Part shown: positions 54,600 through 63,172 of the stretch, one piece after another
Numbering within the stretch: position 1 is the first letter of the stretch
Layout of the letters: the number at the start of each line of letters is the position of its first letter
Source: a virus
Lineage: Duplodnaviria > Caudoviricetes
Virus record (IMG/VR): IMGVR_UViG_3300044253_000005
Coordinates: 4,568-68,567 of that record
DNA length: 64,000 nucleotides
Strand: one strand, 5' to 3'
The notes under the pieces: model-generated
What the model was told of the DNA's origin: nothing
Seen by the model: the letters and a program-made list of their open reading frames with translations, nothing else
The model's database searches: none
Program-made: the position numbers and the translations under genes

Positions 54600-55083
54600 G
54601 GCGTCGACGGCGCGCGGCCGCCTGCTTGCGCGGGGGCATCGGCGGGATCTTCTGGAGCGCGTCGGCCGGCTGGGCGATGTCGGCCATGCTCCGAGCCATC
54701 GCCATCTGCGCCGCGTGCTCGGTCGCGTTCTGCACGATCTCCTCCAGCAGGTCGCTGAGCGCGAGTTCTTTCTTCACGGCAAGGTCGGCCAACGTGACGA
54801 GCCCAGCGTCGACGATGATCTGCGCGAGCGCGTTGTTGAGCGCTGAGCGGTTCACGTCCTCCGGCACGCCGAAGACGGCCTCCGGGGTGCTCAGTTCCTC
54901 CAGGCGTTCGAGCGCGGCAATCTGGCGCGCCTGGCACTCGTCGAGCGTGCGGCGCTGCTCCTCGCTGAGCTCGATCTGCTCGCCGTCGACGGTGTGCTCG
55001 TGCTCGGGGATCTCGGCGGCCGCGGCGGCCGCGTCCAGGCGCCCCTGCGCGTCGTCGGCGTCGTGCTGGGCTGTGATGTCCAC
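54589..55083 (-). CDS. Hypothetical acidic helical protein
   Basis: ORF track; GC3-rich. Confidence 0.5.
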   Translation of the reverse strand: MDITAQHDADDAQGRLDAAAAAAEIPEHEHTVDGEQIELSEEQRRTLDECQARQIAALERLEELSTPEAVFGVPEDVNRSALNNALAQIIVDAGLVTLADLAVKKELALSDLLEEIVQNATEHAAQMAMARSMADIAQPADALQKIPPMPPRKQAAARRRRRGR

Positions 55084-55200
55084 CAGGCGACCCTATCGAC
55101 GCATCGGACAGAACGGGTGTCGATGTGGCGCCGCGTCGGCGGTGTGGCTTCTCTGGGTGCCTATGACGCGCCGTCTACCACCGGCGCGCTTTCTCCCGTC

Positions 55201-55299
55201 TCAGAAGCCGTTGGTCGACGCGGCGCGTGGAGATTCGAGGATGGCCGCGAGCACGAGACCCGCGGCGACGACGACTCCTATGGCTATGCGGATTTTCAT
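55201..55299 (-). CDS. 32-aa signal/TM peptide, leaderless
   Basis: MKIRIAIGVVVAAGLVLAAIL...; TACGAT 6 nt upstream. Confidence 0.5.
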   Translation of the reverse strand: MKIRIAIGVVVAAGLVLAAILESPRAASTNGF

Positions 55300-55305
55300 G
55301 CTGCG

Positions 55306-55320
55306 ATCGTAGCTATCCTC
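55306..55320. promoter_or_regulatory. Overlapping divergent -10 elements (TACGAT on -, TATCCT on +)
   Basis: atcgtagctatcct read directly; GTAGCTATCCT also occurs at 29101. Confidence 0.55.
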
Positions 55321-55350
55321 CCGGCCACCCAACGGAAGGAGCGACGAGCA

Positions 55351-55560
55351 ATGCCTGTGACCGTGGAGTTCGACAACAAGGCCCACGCGGCCGAGGTCGG
55401 GGAGGCCCTGAAGAACGTCGGGCAGTCCTGGAAGACGCCGACCGTCACGCGCTACGCCGAGGAGATCCTCGTGGCCGGCGGCGTCGAGCCGACGACCGAG
55501 CAGGGCGAGCAGAGCGACAGCGAGGGGCAGGGCGGCAAGCGCGCCGCGCGCAGCAAGTAG
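55351..55560 (+). CDS. Hypothetical protein (69 aa) on the opposite strand
   Basis: SD AAGGAG; GC3-rich. Confidence 0.6.
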   Translation: MPVTVEFDNKAHAAEVGEALKNVGQSWKTPTVTRYAEEILVAGGVEPTTEQGEQSDSEGQGGKRAARSK

Positions 55561-55562
55561 CC

Positions 55563-56255
55563 TCAGCGGACCGGCGTGAACGGTCCGCCCACGTGAAGCT
55601 GGTGGGTGGCCCCCACCGGCGCAGCGGCTGAGTCGGCGCGCGTGTAGTAGGCGGCGCGCGTCGTCTCGGCAGCGCCTTCGCGTTCCTTGGCCTGCGTCGA
55701 GTAGGACTTCGCCAGGTCGGAGAAGTCCATCGAGCTGTCGCCCGACTTGGCGGTGACGGCGCGCGCGCACTTGGCGGCCAGCGCGCGCAGGGCGCGTGAG
55801 GCCGCCTTGTCGACCACCGCCGGCACGAGCGCGGCGGGCACCTGGTCGACGGCGAACTGCGCCGGCGCCGAGAGCCAGGCGATCGCCTCGGAGACGAGCG
55901 CGTCGAGCGACTTGTCGGTGAAGTACGCATAGGCGTAGCTGACCTGGAGGATCACTTCGGGCGGCGCCGGCAGCGTGAAGACGCCGTTGGCGTTCACGTC
56001 CTCGCTCGGTTCGACGGGCTCCGGGCTTTCGTCGACGAACGCCTGGAGCGTGCCCGGCACGACGAACGTGGTCACATAGCCCTGCGTCGGCGTCTGAGTG
56101 AACCGCACCTGGAAGCTCGTCGCCGTCGGCGTGGCCTGCTGCATCACCTGGTCGGAGAGGTCCTCCAGGCGCGCGACGGCGAGAACCTCGCCGTCGCTGG
56201 TCGCGCCGTCCTGGATCGCGTGGCGAACGCGATCGCGAAATTCGAGTGCGTTCAC
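55563..56255 (-). CDS. Head-to-tail adaptor-like protein
   Basis: YAYFTD..L.AL......AA.RAL.ALAA.....V..KSGD.S.D...LAK.Y...A pattern; downstream of the capsid gene. Confidence 0.7.
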   Translation of the reverse strand: MNALEFRDRVRHAIQDGATSDGEVLAVARLEDLSDQVMQQATPTATSFQVRFTQTPTQGYVTTFVVPGTLQAFVDESPEPVEPSEDVNANGVFTLPAPPEVILQVSYAYAYFTDKSLDALVSEAIAWLSAPAQFAVDQVPAALVPAVVDKAASRALRALAAKCARAVTAKSGDSSMDFSDLAKSYSTQAKEREGAAETTRAAYYTRADSAAAPVGATHQLHVGGPFTPVR

Positions 56256-56854
56256 GCCTGGGGGTCGTGGTCGATGCGCCCCGCCAAACGCGGACGCTGC
56301 ACGCCCCGTTTGCGCTCGGGTTTCGAGGCCGCCGCCTCGGCCGCGACCTCGGCCGTCAACGGCGGCGTCGTCGGCGACTCGCCGAGCAGCTTCGCGCGCA
56401 GCTCCGTGGTCGAGAGCAGCATGTCGTCGGTGTCGGCGAGCACGACGTAGCGGACGCCGTGCTCGCGGCACCACTGCGCCTTGAAGTCGACGTGCTTCTC
56501 GTCGTGTTCGCGCGCGGCGAGCTCGGGGTCATCGCCGGCGAGGATGTCGATCAGCACCGGCGCCGGCCCCTCGTAGGGGCGATCGCCGGGCGCGAAGTAG
56601 TAGCGGTCGAACTCCTCCGGTTCGGTGGTGGCGCCCTCGGCCGTCTGGAAGTAGCAAGCCTGGACGATGTGGTTGCCCATGAAGCCCGACGTGCCGACGG
56701 CAGCGGAGATCGGGTCGACCTCTCCGCGGTAGCTGGAGTCCTCCGGGTCGGGCTCGTCGTAGAGGTCTTCGCCGATCACGAGGTCGGCGCCGGGTAGCGG
56801 CGCGCCCATGAACAGGTCCTGGTCGGTGAGCGTGGCGGTGTCGGTGTCAGACAT
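56252..56854 (-). CDS. Hypothetical protein, weak restriction-endonuclease-like (Vsr/DUF559) pattern
   Basis: FDRYY...VLIDI...KAQWCREHGVRYVVL. Confidence 0.4.
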   Translation of the reverse strand: MSDTDTATLTDQDLFMGAPLPGADLVIGEDLYDEPDPEDSSYRGEVDPISAAVGTSGFMGNHIVQACYFQTAEGATTEPEEFDRYYFAPGDRPYEGPAPVLIDILAGDDPELAAREHDEKHVDFKAQWCREHGVRYVVLADTDDMLLSTTELRAKLLGESPTTPPLTAEVAAEAAASKPERKRGVQRPRLAGRIDHDPQA

Positions 56855-56863
56855 CGTGGCCTC

Positions 56864-57229
56864 CTAGTTGAGGATGCGCGCTCGGGCGGCGTCGCGCTCG
56901 TCGGGTGTCTTCAGGATATCCTGCGACCAGTCGGGATCTTTGCGGTAGGCCTCGATCTCGGCCGCGTAGCGATCGCGCAGCTCGAACAGCTTGGCGAGCT
57001 GTTCCCCAGAGAGCGTCTGCCCGTTCTGCATCGTCTGGATGAAGGCCTTGACCAGTTCGTTCTCCAGGTTCGGCGAGCCGTTGGCCGCCTGCTCCTTCAG
57101 AACGGCGTAGAGATCCGCAGCGTCGCGGATCGTGCTCGCGTCCTGGAAGTAGATGCGCTTGGGCCCGGCGGTGTAGGTGCCCTCACGGAGCCGCGAGAAG
57201 ACGTAGAGGTCGGCCAGCTCGGCCGACAC
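56864..57229 (-). CDS. Hypothetical head-associated protein
   Basis: Coupled to the gene after the capsid gene. Confidence 0.5.
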   Translation of the reverse strand: MSAELADLYVFSRLREGTYTAGPKRIYFQDASTIRDAADLYAVLKEQAANGSPNLENELVKAFIQTMQNGQTLSGEQLAKLFELRDRYAAEIEAYRKDPDWSQDILKTPDERDAARARILN

Positions 57230-57504
57230 TACGCACTCGGCTTGAGCTTGGGAAAGGCCTTGTACGCGGCGGCCTGCACAGCCGCTTCGTTGCCCTTGCC
57301 CTTCGCTGCGGCGATCGCCGCCTTGGCGGCAGCTTCGTCGGCGAACTGCGGGGCGCTGGCCTCGCGCAGCGCTGCCTTGACCCGCTCGCCGTCGACGGGC
57401 GCCGGCGCCGGCGAGACCGACTCGCGCAGCGCGACAAGGTATGACGCCGCCTCGACCGGGGAGGTCAGGTTGGCCGAGGCGGCGTCTGTGGCGGTCGTGG
57501 TCAC
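57229..57504 (-). CDS. Small Ala-rich head-associated protein
   Basis: Directly after the MCP; two LRE(S/A) motifs. Confidence 0.55.
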   Translation of the reverse strand: MTTTATDAASANLTSPVEAASYLVALRESVSPAPAPVDGERVKAALREASAPQFADEAAAKAAIAAAKGKGNEAAVQAAAYKAFPKLKPSA

Positions 57505-57519
57505 GGCACGGGCCGCCGT

Positions 57520-58632
57520 CTAGTTGACTCGGAAGGCGTAGCGGGACTCGATCATCGCCGTGTTGAAGCGGCGACGGGTGCGCCAGCGGTACTGGTCCCG
57601 GTTGAAGGATTCGCCGGCGTTCGTCGCCTCCTGGGCGACCTCCAGGGCCGAGCGGTCCTGGAAGACCAGCGACTTCTTCGACTGGAGCAGGATCGCCGCC
57701 CCGTGGACGCCGTCGAGGCCCTTCGTGACCGAGAGCGAGGACGGCAGGAACCGGCTCACCTTCAGGCTGTAGAGCCCCTGGAGCGGGTTCATCGTCATCG
57801 TCCAGCCGGTGCCGCCCGAAGACGCCGTGGAGGCCGTCTGACCGGCCGCACCCGGCACCGAGGGCTGAAGCGCGGACTGGAGCAGCTTGGCCGCGTTGAA
57901 CTCGTCGGAGGGCGACACGAGCAGCGTGTCCGGCTGGGTCATGATGAGCTGGCCCAGCGGGTCCTTCATGAGCTGGAGCGCCACCGTGGCGTTTTCCAGC
58001 GCGGCCTGCGAGAGGCCTTCGCCCGAGCCGTTGTTGGCGACGTTGCCGATCGTCGCGTTGTACGTCGCCGCGAGGATCGCGTTCATCACGGCCAGCTCCT
58101 CGACGTAGCGAATGCGCTCGCCCATCGTGCCCGCCTTCTGCATGATCTGGCCCGTCTGGTCGTCTTCGACCAGCTCGCGCTCGACCGTGAGCATCCGGCC
58201 GAACTTGATGTTGCGCAGGCGCTTGTCGAGGCCGGCCAAGCGGCTGTCCTCGAACTTCTGCGACGGGTTGACCTGCTTGGGCAACTCAGCGCCGTACAGC
58301 GGGGCGTAGAGCTCCTCGAACTTGTCGCTGTTGACCACTCGGACCAGGTCCGGGTAGACGACGGCGACCTGCTCGTAGGCGTCAAACAGGAAGTTCTGCA
58401 CGCCGGCGCGCAGCACGGTCGGGAACGCCGACTCGGCCACGGCCTCGCGCAGTTTCTTCACCGAGAGACGGCGCGTGTTCTTCCAGTCGATCCGGTCCGC
58501 GCCCGGCAGAACGGCCGCGGCCTCCCGAAGTGCGACCGCGTGGTGCGCCGCGCGGTCTTCGCGCTGGATCTTGAGCAGCTCGTTGTTCTCAGGATCGTCG
58601 ACCCCGTGTGGGTTCCTGGCGAGTGTGTCCAT
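57520..58632 (-). CDS. Major capsid protein (HK97 fold, Mu gpT-like)
   Basis: KFGRMLTVERELVEDD; QPDTLLVSP..E..A.KLL; NPLQG; YRWRTRRRFNTA. Confidence 0.88.
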   Translation of the reverse strand: MDTLARNPHGVDDPENNELLKIQREDRAAHHAVALREAAAVLPGADRIDWKNTRRLSVKKLREAVAESAFPTVLRAGVQNFLFDAYEQVAVVYPDLVRVVNSDKFEELYAPLYGAELPKQVNPSQKFEDSRLAGLDKRLRNIKFGRMLTVERELVEDDQTGQIMQKAGTMGERIRYVEELAVMNAILAATYNATIGNVANNGSGEGLSQAALENATVALQLMKDPLGQLIMTQPDTLLVSPSDEFNAAKLLQSALQPSVPGAAGQTASTASSGGTGWTMTMNPLQGLYSLKVSRFLPSSLSVTKGLDGVHGAAILLQSKKSLVFQDRSALEVAQEATNAGESFNRDQYRWRTRRRFNTAMIESRYAFRVN

Positions 58633-58671
58633 GTTCGGGAGGTCCTTTCTCAGGTCCGGTTGGGGTCAGGC

Positions 58672-59199
58672 CTAGATGTTCTTCGCGGCGATGTGCTTGG
58701 GGATGAGCAGGACGCGGATGCGCACGCCCGAGCCGCCTTCGACTTCCTCCGGCGTCGGCGTCGCCTGTTCGGCGCGCGCCGCGGCCGGCGGGTCGAGGAT
58801 CACCACGCCGACGGCGTTGGCTTCCGTGGCGCCGACGGTCGTGACCGTCTGCGCGTCGGCGCCCACCGTGACGAACGCGAAGTGTTTGTATTTCTCAGCC
58901 GCGGTCGTGTTGAGGAACACGCACGCCTTCGCGTACACGGGGATGTTCGACAGCGCTTCGTCGCCGCCGTAGACTTCCGGCTTGGTGGAGCCGCCGGCGA
59001 CGCCGAGCAGGCCGGCCGAATGCAGCGAGCCTTTGCCCGGTTCGATGTCGAGTTTGTCCGTGACCGCGCGAACGCACATGTTCGTCGAGTCCCAGAACAC
59101 GAGGTCGCCCTCGTTGATCGTGGAGTTCGACAGGACGGGAAGCGACTGCGGCAGCGTGTCGTGGTCGATCACGCTGATGGGGTTCTGTCCGGTGGTCAT
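58672..59199 (-). CDS. Capsid decoration/cement protein
   Basis: Between scaffold and MCP; INEGDLVFWD, GLLGVA, A.GVV pattern. Confidence 0.7.
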   Translation of the reverse strand: MTTGQNPISVIDHDTLPQSLPVLSNSTINEGDLVFWDSTNMCVRAVTDKLDIEPGKGSLHSAGLLGVAGGSTKPEVYGGDEALSNIPVYAKACVFLNTTAAEKYKHFAFVTVGADAQTVTTVGATEANAVGVVILDPPAAARAEQATPTPEEVEGGSGVRIRVLLIPKHIAAKNI

Positions 59200-59244
59200 G
59201 GTCTCTGGCTCCTTAGCTCAGTCGAGATTGGTCCGCAGTCGCCC

Positions 59245-59886
59245 TTACGAGCCCGACTCGGCGAGGATGGGGATGCCCTGCTCGGCGAGCGCCTCGGCGC
59301 CGCCGGCAGTCGCGGGCGCCCCGAGCGGCACGAGCGCACCGGCGCCCTCGACGCCGGCGGGGGCGCCGACACCGAGCGACTCGCGGAAGCGCTCGAACAT
59401 GGCCTCGGTGCGCGCCTCGTTGGCGGCGACGTGCGCCGTCATGGCCGCCTCGTCGGGCAGACGCACGAGCTCGTCGAACAGCGCCGGGGCCTCCGGCGAG
59501 TCCGCCGGCACCTTCGACTCGCGCAGGACCTTCGCCGCGAGCACGCCACGGTTGAGCTTCTCGGTCTCGCCCTTGAGCGCGTCGCGCTCGGTCTCGGCCG
59601 CGGTGCGCGCGGTCTCGGACTCGCGGAGCTTGACCTCCAGCTCGCCCTTCTCGCGCTCCAGCTTGGCGGCGTCGCCCCCGCCGTCGGCCTCGCGGAACTC
59701 GGTCTTGACCTCCGGCTCGAACTCGGTGCCCGCGAGCCCCGCGACCTCGCCCTCGACCTTGCCGACCTCCTCGACCGCCTTGGCGATGTCCTCGTTGCTG
59801 GCGTCCGCGCTGCGGATCGTCGCCACGCTCTCGCGCAAGCGGGTGTGCAGACCGTCGAGCTTCGGCTTGAGATCCGTGACCTTCAT
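59245..59886 (-). CDS. Nested in-frame scaffold protein (213 aa)
   Basis: Internal AGGAGG SD 5 nt before an in-frame ATG (MKVTDLKP). Confidence 0.6.
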   Translation of the reverse strand: MKVTDLKPKLDGLHTRLRESVATIRSADASNEDIAKAVEEVGKVEGEVAGLAGTEFEPEVKTEFREADGGGDAAKLEREKGELEVKLRESETARTAAETERDALKGETEKLNRGVLAAKVLRESKVPADSPEAPALFDELVRLPDEAAMTAHVAANEARTEAMFERFRESLGVGAPAGVEGAGALVPLGAPATAGGAEALAEQGIPILAESGS

Positions 59887-60750
59887 GGGAGCCTCCTGTG
59901 GGCTTGGTTTGGGGGCGCTCGCCACGCTCTCGCGCAGCCGGCGGACGATCCGACCGCCACGGGCGGCTCGGGTGACCACGTCGGCGCTCGGCGCCTCGGT
60001 GATCTTGCGGCAGATGTTCACGCGCTCGCCGGCGATCGTGCCCGGTTCGACGTAGCCGCCGCCGTCGATCGAGATCCCGCAGAGATTGACGCCGTCGCTT
60101 TTGTGCGCGGCGATCGCCGACTCCAGCAGATCGACGAACCACTGCTGGCCCTGGTTGACGACCAGGTCGGCTTTGACGGCCGGCTTGCCTTCCGCGCCGC
60201 TCTCCATGAAGCGGACGTTGCGGTAGTAGCCGACCAGGTGGCGCACGCTGCGCTCGGGACGATTGGCCTCCTCGTCCTTGGCGGGGTGATCGGCGTAGGC
60301 CTGCATCCCGTTGAAGACGCCCTCGCTGACGGCCTCGCGGAGCGCCTGCGCGGTGTAAAACACGCGGTCTTTGTCGTTGCCTTTGCCCTCGGTCAGGAGT
60401 TCGACCTCGTAGACGGGCGAGCTGCCCGCGCTCGCCTCGCGAAGGCGCGTGACGTGCGCGTCGACGACTCCGGGGCGCAGCGCGACCGACTCCTGCATCG
60501 CGGCCTTCACCAGGCCGCTGCCTTCGCAGGTCGGGCAGACCCCGCCGTCTTTGATGCCCGTGCCATCGCAGCTCTGGCAGGTGCTCGGCGCGTTGTCGAG
60601 ATCGTTCTCGACGGCGCCGTTGCCGGCGCGGCCAGCGCCGCCACGGACCTGCGCCGGAGCGGTCGACTCGGCGACCGCCTCACGCAGACGCGCGAAGCGG
60701 AGACGTGATCCCCGTAGGCGCTTGAACTTTCCCGGAACGATGGCGGTCAT
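59245..60750 (-). CDS. Prohead protease fused to scaffold
   Basis: Assemblin-type pattern AYADHP..ERSVRHLVG (His) and GISIDGGG (Ser); acidic coiled-coil C-terminal half. Confidence 0.75.
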   Translation of the reverse strand: MTAIVPGKFKRLRGSRLRFARLREAVAESTAPAQVRGGAGRAGNGAVENDLDNAPSTCQSCDGTGIKDGGVCPTCEGSGLVKAAMQESVALRPGVVDAHVTRLREASAGSSPVYEVELLTEGKGNDKDRVFYTAQALREAVSEGVFNGMQAYADHPAKDEEANRPERSVRHLVGYYRNVRFMESGAEGKPAVKADLVVNQGQQWFVDLLESAIAAHKSDGVNLCGISIDGGGYVEPGTIAGERVNICRKITEAPSADVVTRAARGGRIVRRLRESVASAPKPSPQEAPMKVTDLKPKLDGLHTRLRESVATIRSADASNEDIAKAVEEVGKVEGEVAGLAGTEFEPEVKTEFREADGGGDAAKLEREKGELEVKLRESETARTAAETERDALKGETEKLNRGVLAAKVLRESKVPADSPEAPALFDELVRLPDEAAMTAHVAANEARTEAMFERFRESLGVGAPAGVEGAGALVPLGAPATAGGAEALAEQGIPILAESGS

Positions 60751-60761
60751 CGGCGCCGGGC

Positions 60762-60772
60762 ATCGTAGACCC
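60762..60772 (-). promoter_or_regulatory. Putative late promoter GGGTC-TACGAT
   Basis: Same 11-nt spacing to the ATG as at the portal, with a similar ccggcgcc spacer. Confidence 0.65.
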
Positions 60773-60790
60773 CGGCACCGGCGCCCCGCC

Positions 60791-61765
60791 CTACTCGGAA
60801 ATGCCGGCGATGCCGGGGAAGCCGTCGGCCTGGCGCCAGCGGAACTCCGGCACCGAGCCGTGCTCGGCGTTCCACGCCTGCACGATGTAGACGGTCCGCG
60901 TCTTGATGTGCGCTCGCGGCTGGTCGGCGTCCGCGCGCTCGTGTTCGGCGATCAGGTGCCGGCGCAGCTCCCGCACTGCCGGGATCGTGCCCGACCCTTC
61001 GAGCAGGCCGCCGGTGAACGCGAGCGCGCGCGGCTCGTCGGCGGCACAGAACAGGAAGTGCAGGGCCGCGAGTTGCGAGAGCGAGGTCCAGGGCGCGCCC
61101 TTGCGCCGGTTGCGCACGAACTTCAGCGCTGCTTGCAGATCCTCGCGGTTGGACCCGCGGTCGTACAGGCGCAGCGCGTAGCCGTGGCTCATGCCCGCCG
61201 CGCTGCCCATCTGGAAGGGCACGCCGTCGCGGTAGAAGTGCGCGACGCTGCGCAGCGCGGCCGCGACATTGTTTGGGTCACCCTCGCCGCGCAGGTGCAT
61301 CGCGTCGCCGAGGCTTCGCGGCTTGCCCTGGTCCATGACCTCCTGCGCGCGCGGGTCCAGCCCGGTGATGAGCAGCAGCGGCACCGTCACGTCGGCGTCC
61401 ATGACTGCATAGAGCCGGTGCTGCCCGTCGAGCAGAATGCCCTCGCGACTGATCTTGATCGCCTCGCCGGTGAACAGCCAGCCGTCGCGACGCATGTCCT
61501 CGGCGTACTGCGCGATCCGGCGGTTCTCGCAGCGGCGATTGTGCAGGTTGCAGGCCTTCAGGATCGCGTGTGCGCGCGCCGGCGAGATCCGAATGATGCT
61601 CGCCGCCGGTTTCTCGGTGACGAGCTTCGGCAGGCTTCGCGCCTTCGGCGACGAAGGTGAAGCCTGCGGAGCGCGAGCGTGGTCTCTGGGAGGAGTCGTG
61701 TCACCACGCTCGCGCTCCGCAGGCTCAACCCCTGCCGCTTCCAGCAGGGCCTGATCTAGCCCCAT
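60791..61765 (-). CDS. ParB-like N-terminal domain protein (DGQHR type)
   Basis: NRR....RIAQYAEDM..DGW...GEAI......LLDGQHRL.A. Confidence 0.75.
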   Translation of the reverse strand: MGLDQALLEAAGVEPAERERGDTTPPRDHARAPQASPSSPKARSLPKLVTEKPAASIIRISPARAHAILKACNLHNRRCENRRIAQYAEDMRRDGWLFTGEAIKISREGILLDGQHRLYAVMDADVTVPLLLITGLDPRAQEVMDQGKPRSLGDAMHLRGEGDPNNVAAALRSVAHFYRDGVPFQMGSAAGMSHGYALRLYDRGSNREDLQAALKFVRNRRKGAPWTSLSQLAALHFLFCAADEPRALAFTGGLLEGSGTIPAVRELRRHLIAEHERADADQPRAHIKTRTVYIVQAWNAEHGSVPEFRWRQADGFPGIAGISE

Positions 61766-61916
61766 GAGCGCCGCGCTGTGCGCTCTGGCGGAACCGCCGC
61801 CTCACCCGCGATCGGACGATCGTCGCCGAAGCTGAAGCCGAGGGTGCTGCCCACGCGATCCTTCTCCAGGGCAGCGGCGATGCGCTCCAGTGCGTCGGCG
61901 ATCCGCCTCAGCGTGT

Positions 61917-62120
61917 TCATGCGTCCTCCGGCAGCGCGGCGCGGACCATGCAGTCCTTCGCCTCCAGCAGCTTGCGCAGCCCGGCGGTGAGCTCGGGGCC
62001 CTCGAACCGCTCGGCCATGTCGTGGGCGAGCTCGTGGAAGGGCTGACTGATCTCCTGGAGCGCCGGCGGCAGGTGCTCGTACTCGAAGAAGCGCAGGATC
62101 TGTGCGACAGCGGGGTGCAT
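61917..62120 (-). CDS. Conserved 67-aa helical-hairpin phage protein
   Basis: ILRFFEYEHLPPALQEISQPF..LA...ELTAGLRKLLEAKDCMVRA. Confidence 0.7.
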   Translation of the reverse strand: MHPAVAQILRFFEYEHLPPALQEISQPFHELAHDMAERFEGPELTAGLRKLLEAKDCMVRAALPEDA

Positions 62121-62705
62121 CAGAAGTCGACCTCCGTCTGATTGAAGACGACGCGCTTCGCGCGTTCGACCAGTCGCGGGATCTGGAGCTCGGCCTTCGG
62201 CGGCAGCGTCCCGTGGCGCAGCACGACCACGCACCCGTTGTCGGCGACAACGCACGCGACGGTGTTACCCGTCAGCTCATCGTCGATGCGCTTGCCGTAG
62301 ACGGCGTGCTCGCGCGTGTTGAATTCCAGCTCGTGCTGACGATCGGGGCCGATGATCTCGGTCTCGACCTTGATCTCGGCGAGCTGGGCTGCGGTCGGTC
62401 TGTCCACGTCAGTGCCTCCAGTGCTGTCGAACGATGATGATGTCGGTGGCCTCGTTGTAGGAAACGTCGCGCTCGACTTCGGCGTACTGACGCTTGTCGG
62501 TGAGGCCGTAGCGACGGTGGAACAGGTCGAAGCCGGCCATGATGTCGGCGACCGTTTTCGCCGCGCCGGGTGTGTCGTTGACGGCTTTCGCCACGCGCGG
62601 CGCGCGGTTGAGCAGCCACGCCCAGGCGTTGAGGATCTCCGGGCCCGCCTCGATGCGCGCGCGCTGCGCGTTGCGCGCCGGCGGCGCGGCGGCGACTGTG
62701 CTCAT
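62120..62705 (-). other. Two small hypothetical ORFs (62120-62407, 62409-62705)
   Basis: Tight coupling; GC3-rich. Confidence 0.5.
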
Positions 62706-63172
62706 TACGGCCTCCTGTAGGCGGTGTAGCCCGCCGTGTCGAAGTTGCTGATGAACCCCACGATCATCCCCGTGTGCCCCGCCTCGAAGAAGCGCGGCAG
62801 GCCCAGGTGGCGCGTCTCGATGACCGCGTGGTGGACGCCGGGCGAGTTACGAATCCAGATCGTGATGTAGGTGCCCTCGCCGCGCGCCAGGTGCTGGGGC
62901 AGCGTTTCCGTGTTGACGTTCGGCTGCGCTTTCAGCAGGCCCGCGCGCCAGAGCACGTAGCGGATCACGCCCGAGCAGTCGAAGCCGACCCCGGTCTCGC
63001 CGCGCGAGGGGCCGGGCGTTACCGCGTGCCCGCCGTCGAAGGAATAGGGCAGGCGTTCGTGCGCGACTGTGAGCATGACACGGCGCATGACGAGCACGGT
63101 CGCCGACGGGGGCGCGAGGTCGAACGCGCGGCGCTTGACCGCGTGCCAGATACGCAGATGCAGGTAGCGCAT
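62705..63172 (-). CDS. NlpC/P60-like cysteine peptidase
   Basis: PYSFDGGH...FDCSGVIRYVL..AG...HHAVIE. Confidence 0.75.
   Translation of the reverse strand: MRYLHLRIWHAVKRRAFDLAPPSATVLVMRRVMLTVAHERLPYSFDGGHAVTPGPSRGETGVGFDCSGVIRYVLWRAGLLKAQPNVNTETLPQHLARGEGTYITIWIRNSPGVHHAVIETRHLGLPRFFEAGHTGMIVGFISNFDTAGYTAYRRP

Noticed and set aside
57703-60708. 1001-aa plus-strand ORF and other long antisense ORFs (e.g. 5430-7073, 33545-34858, 41018-42646)
   Set aside because: Shadow ORFs of GC3-rich minus-strand genes; no motifs, and repetitive R/A/G/V composition
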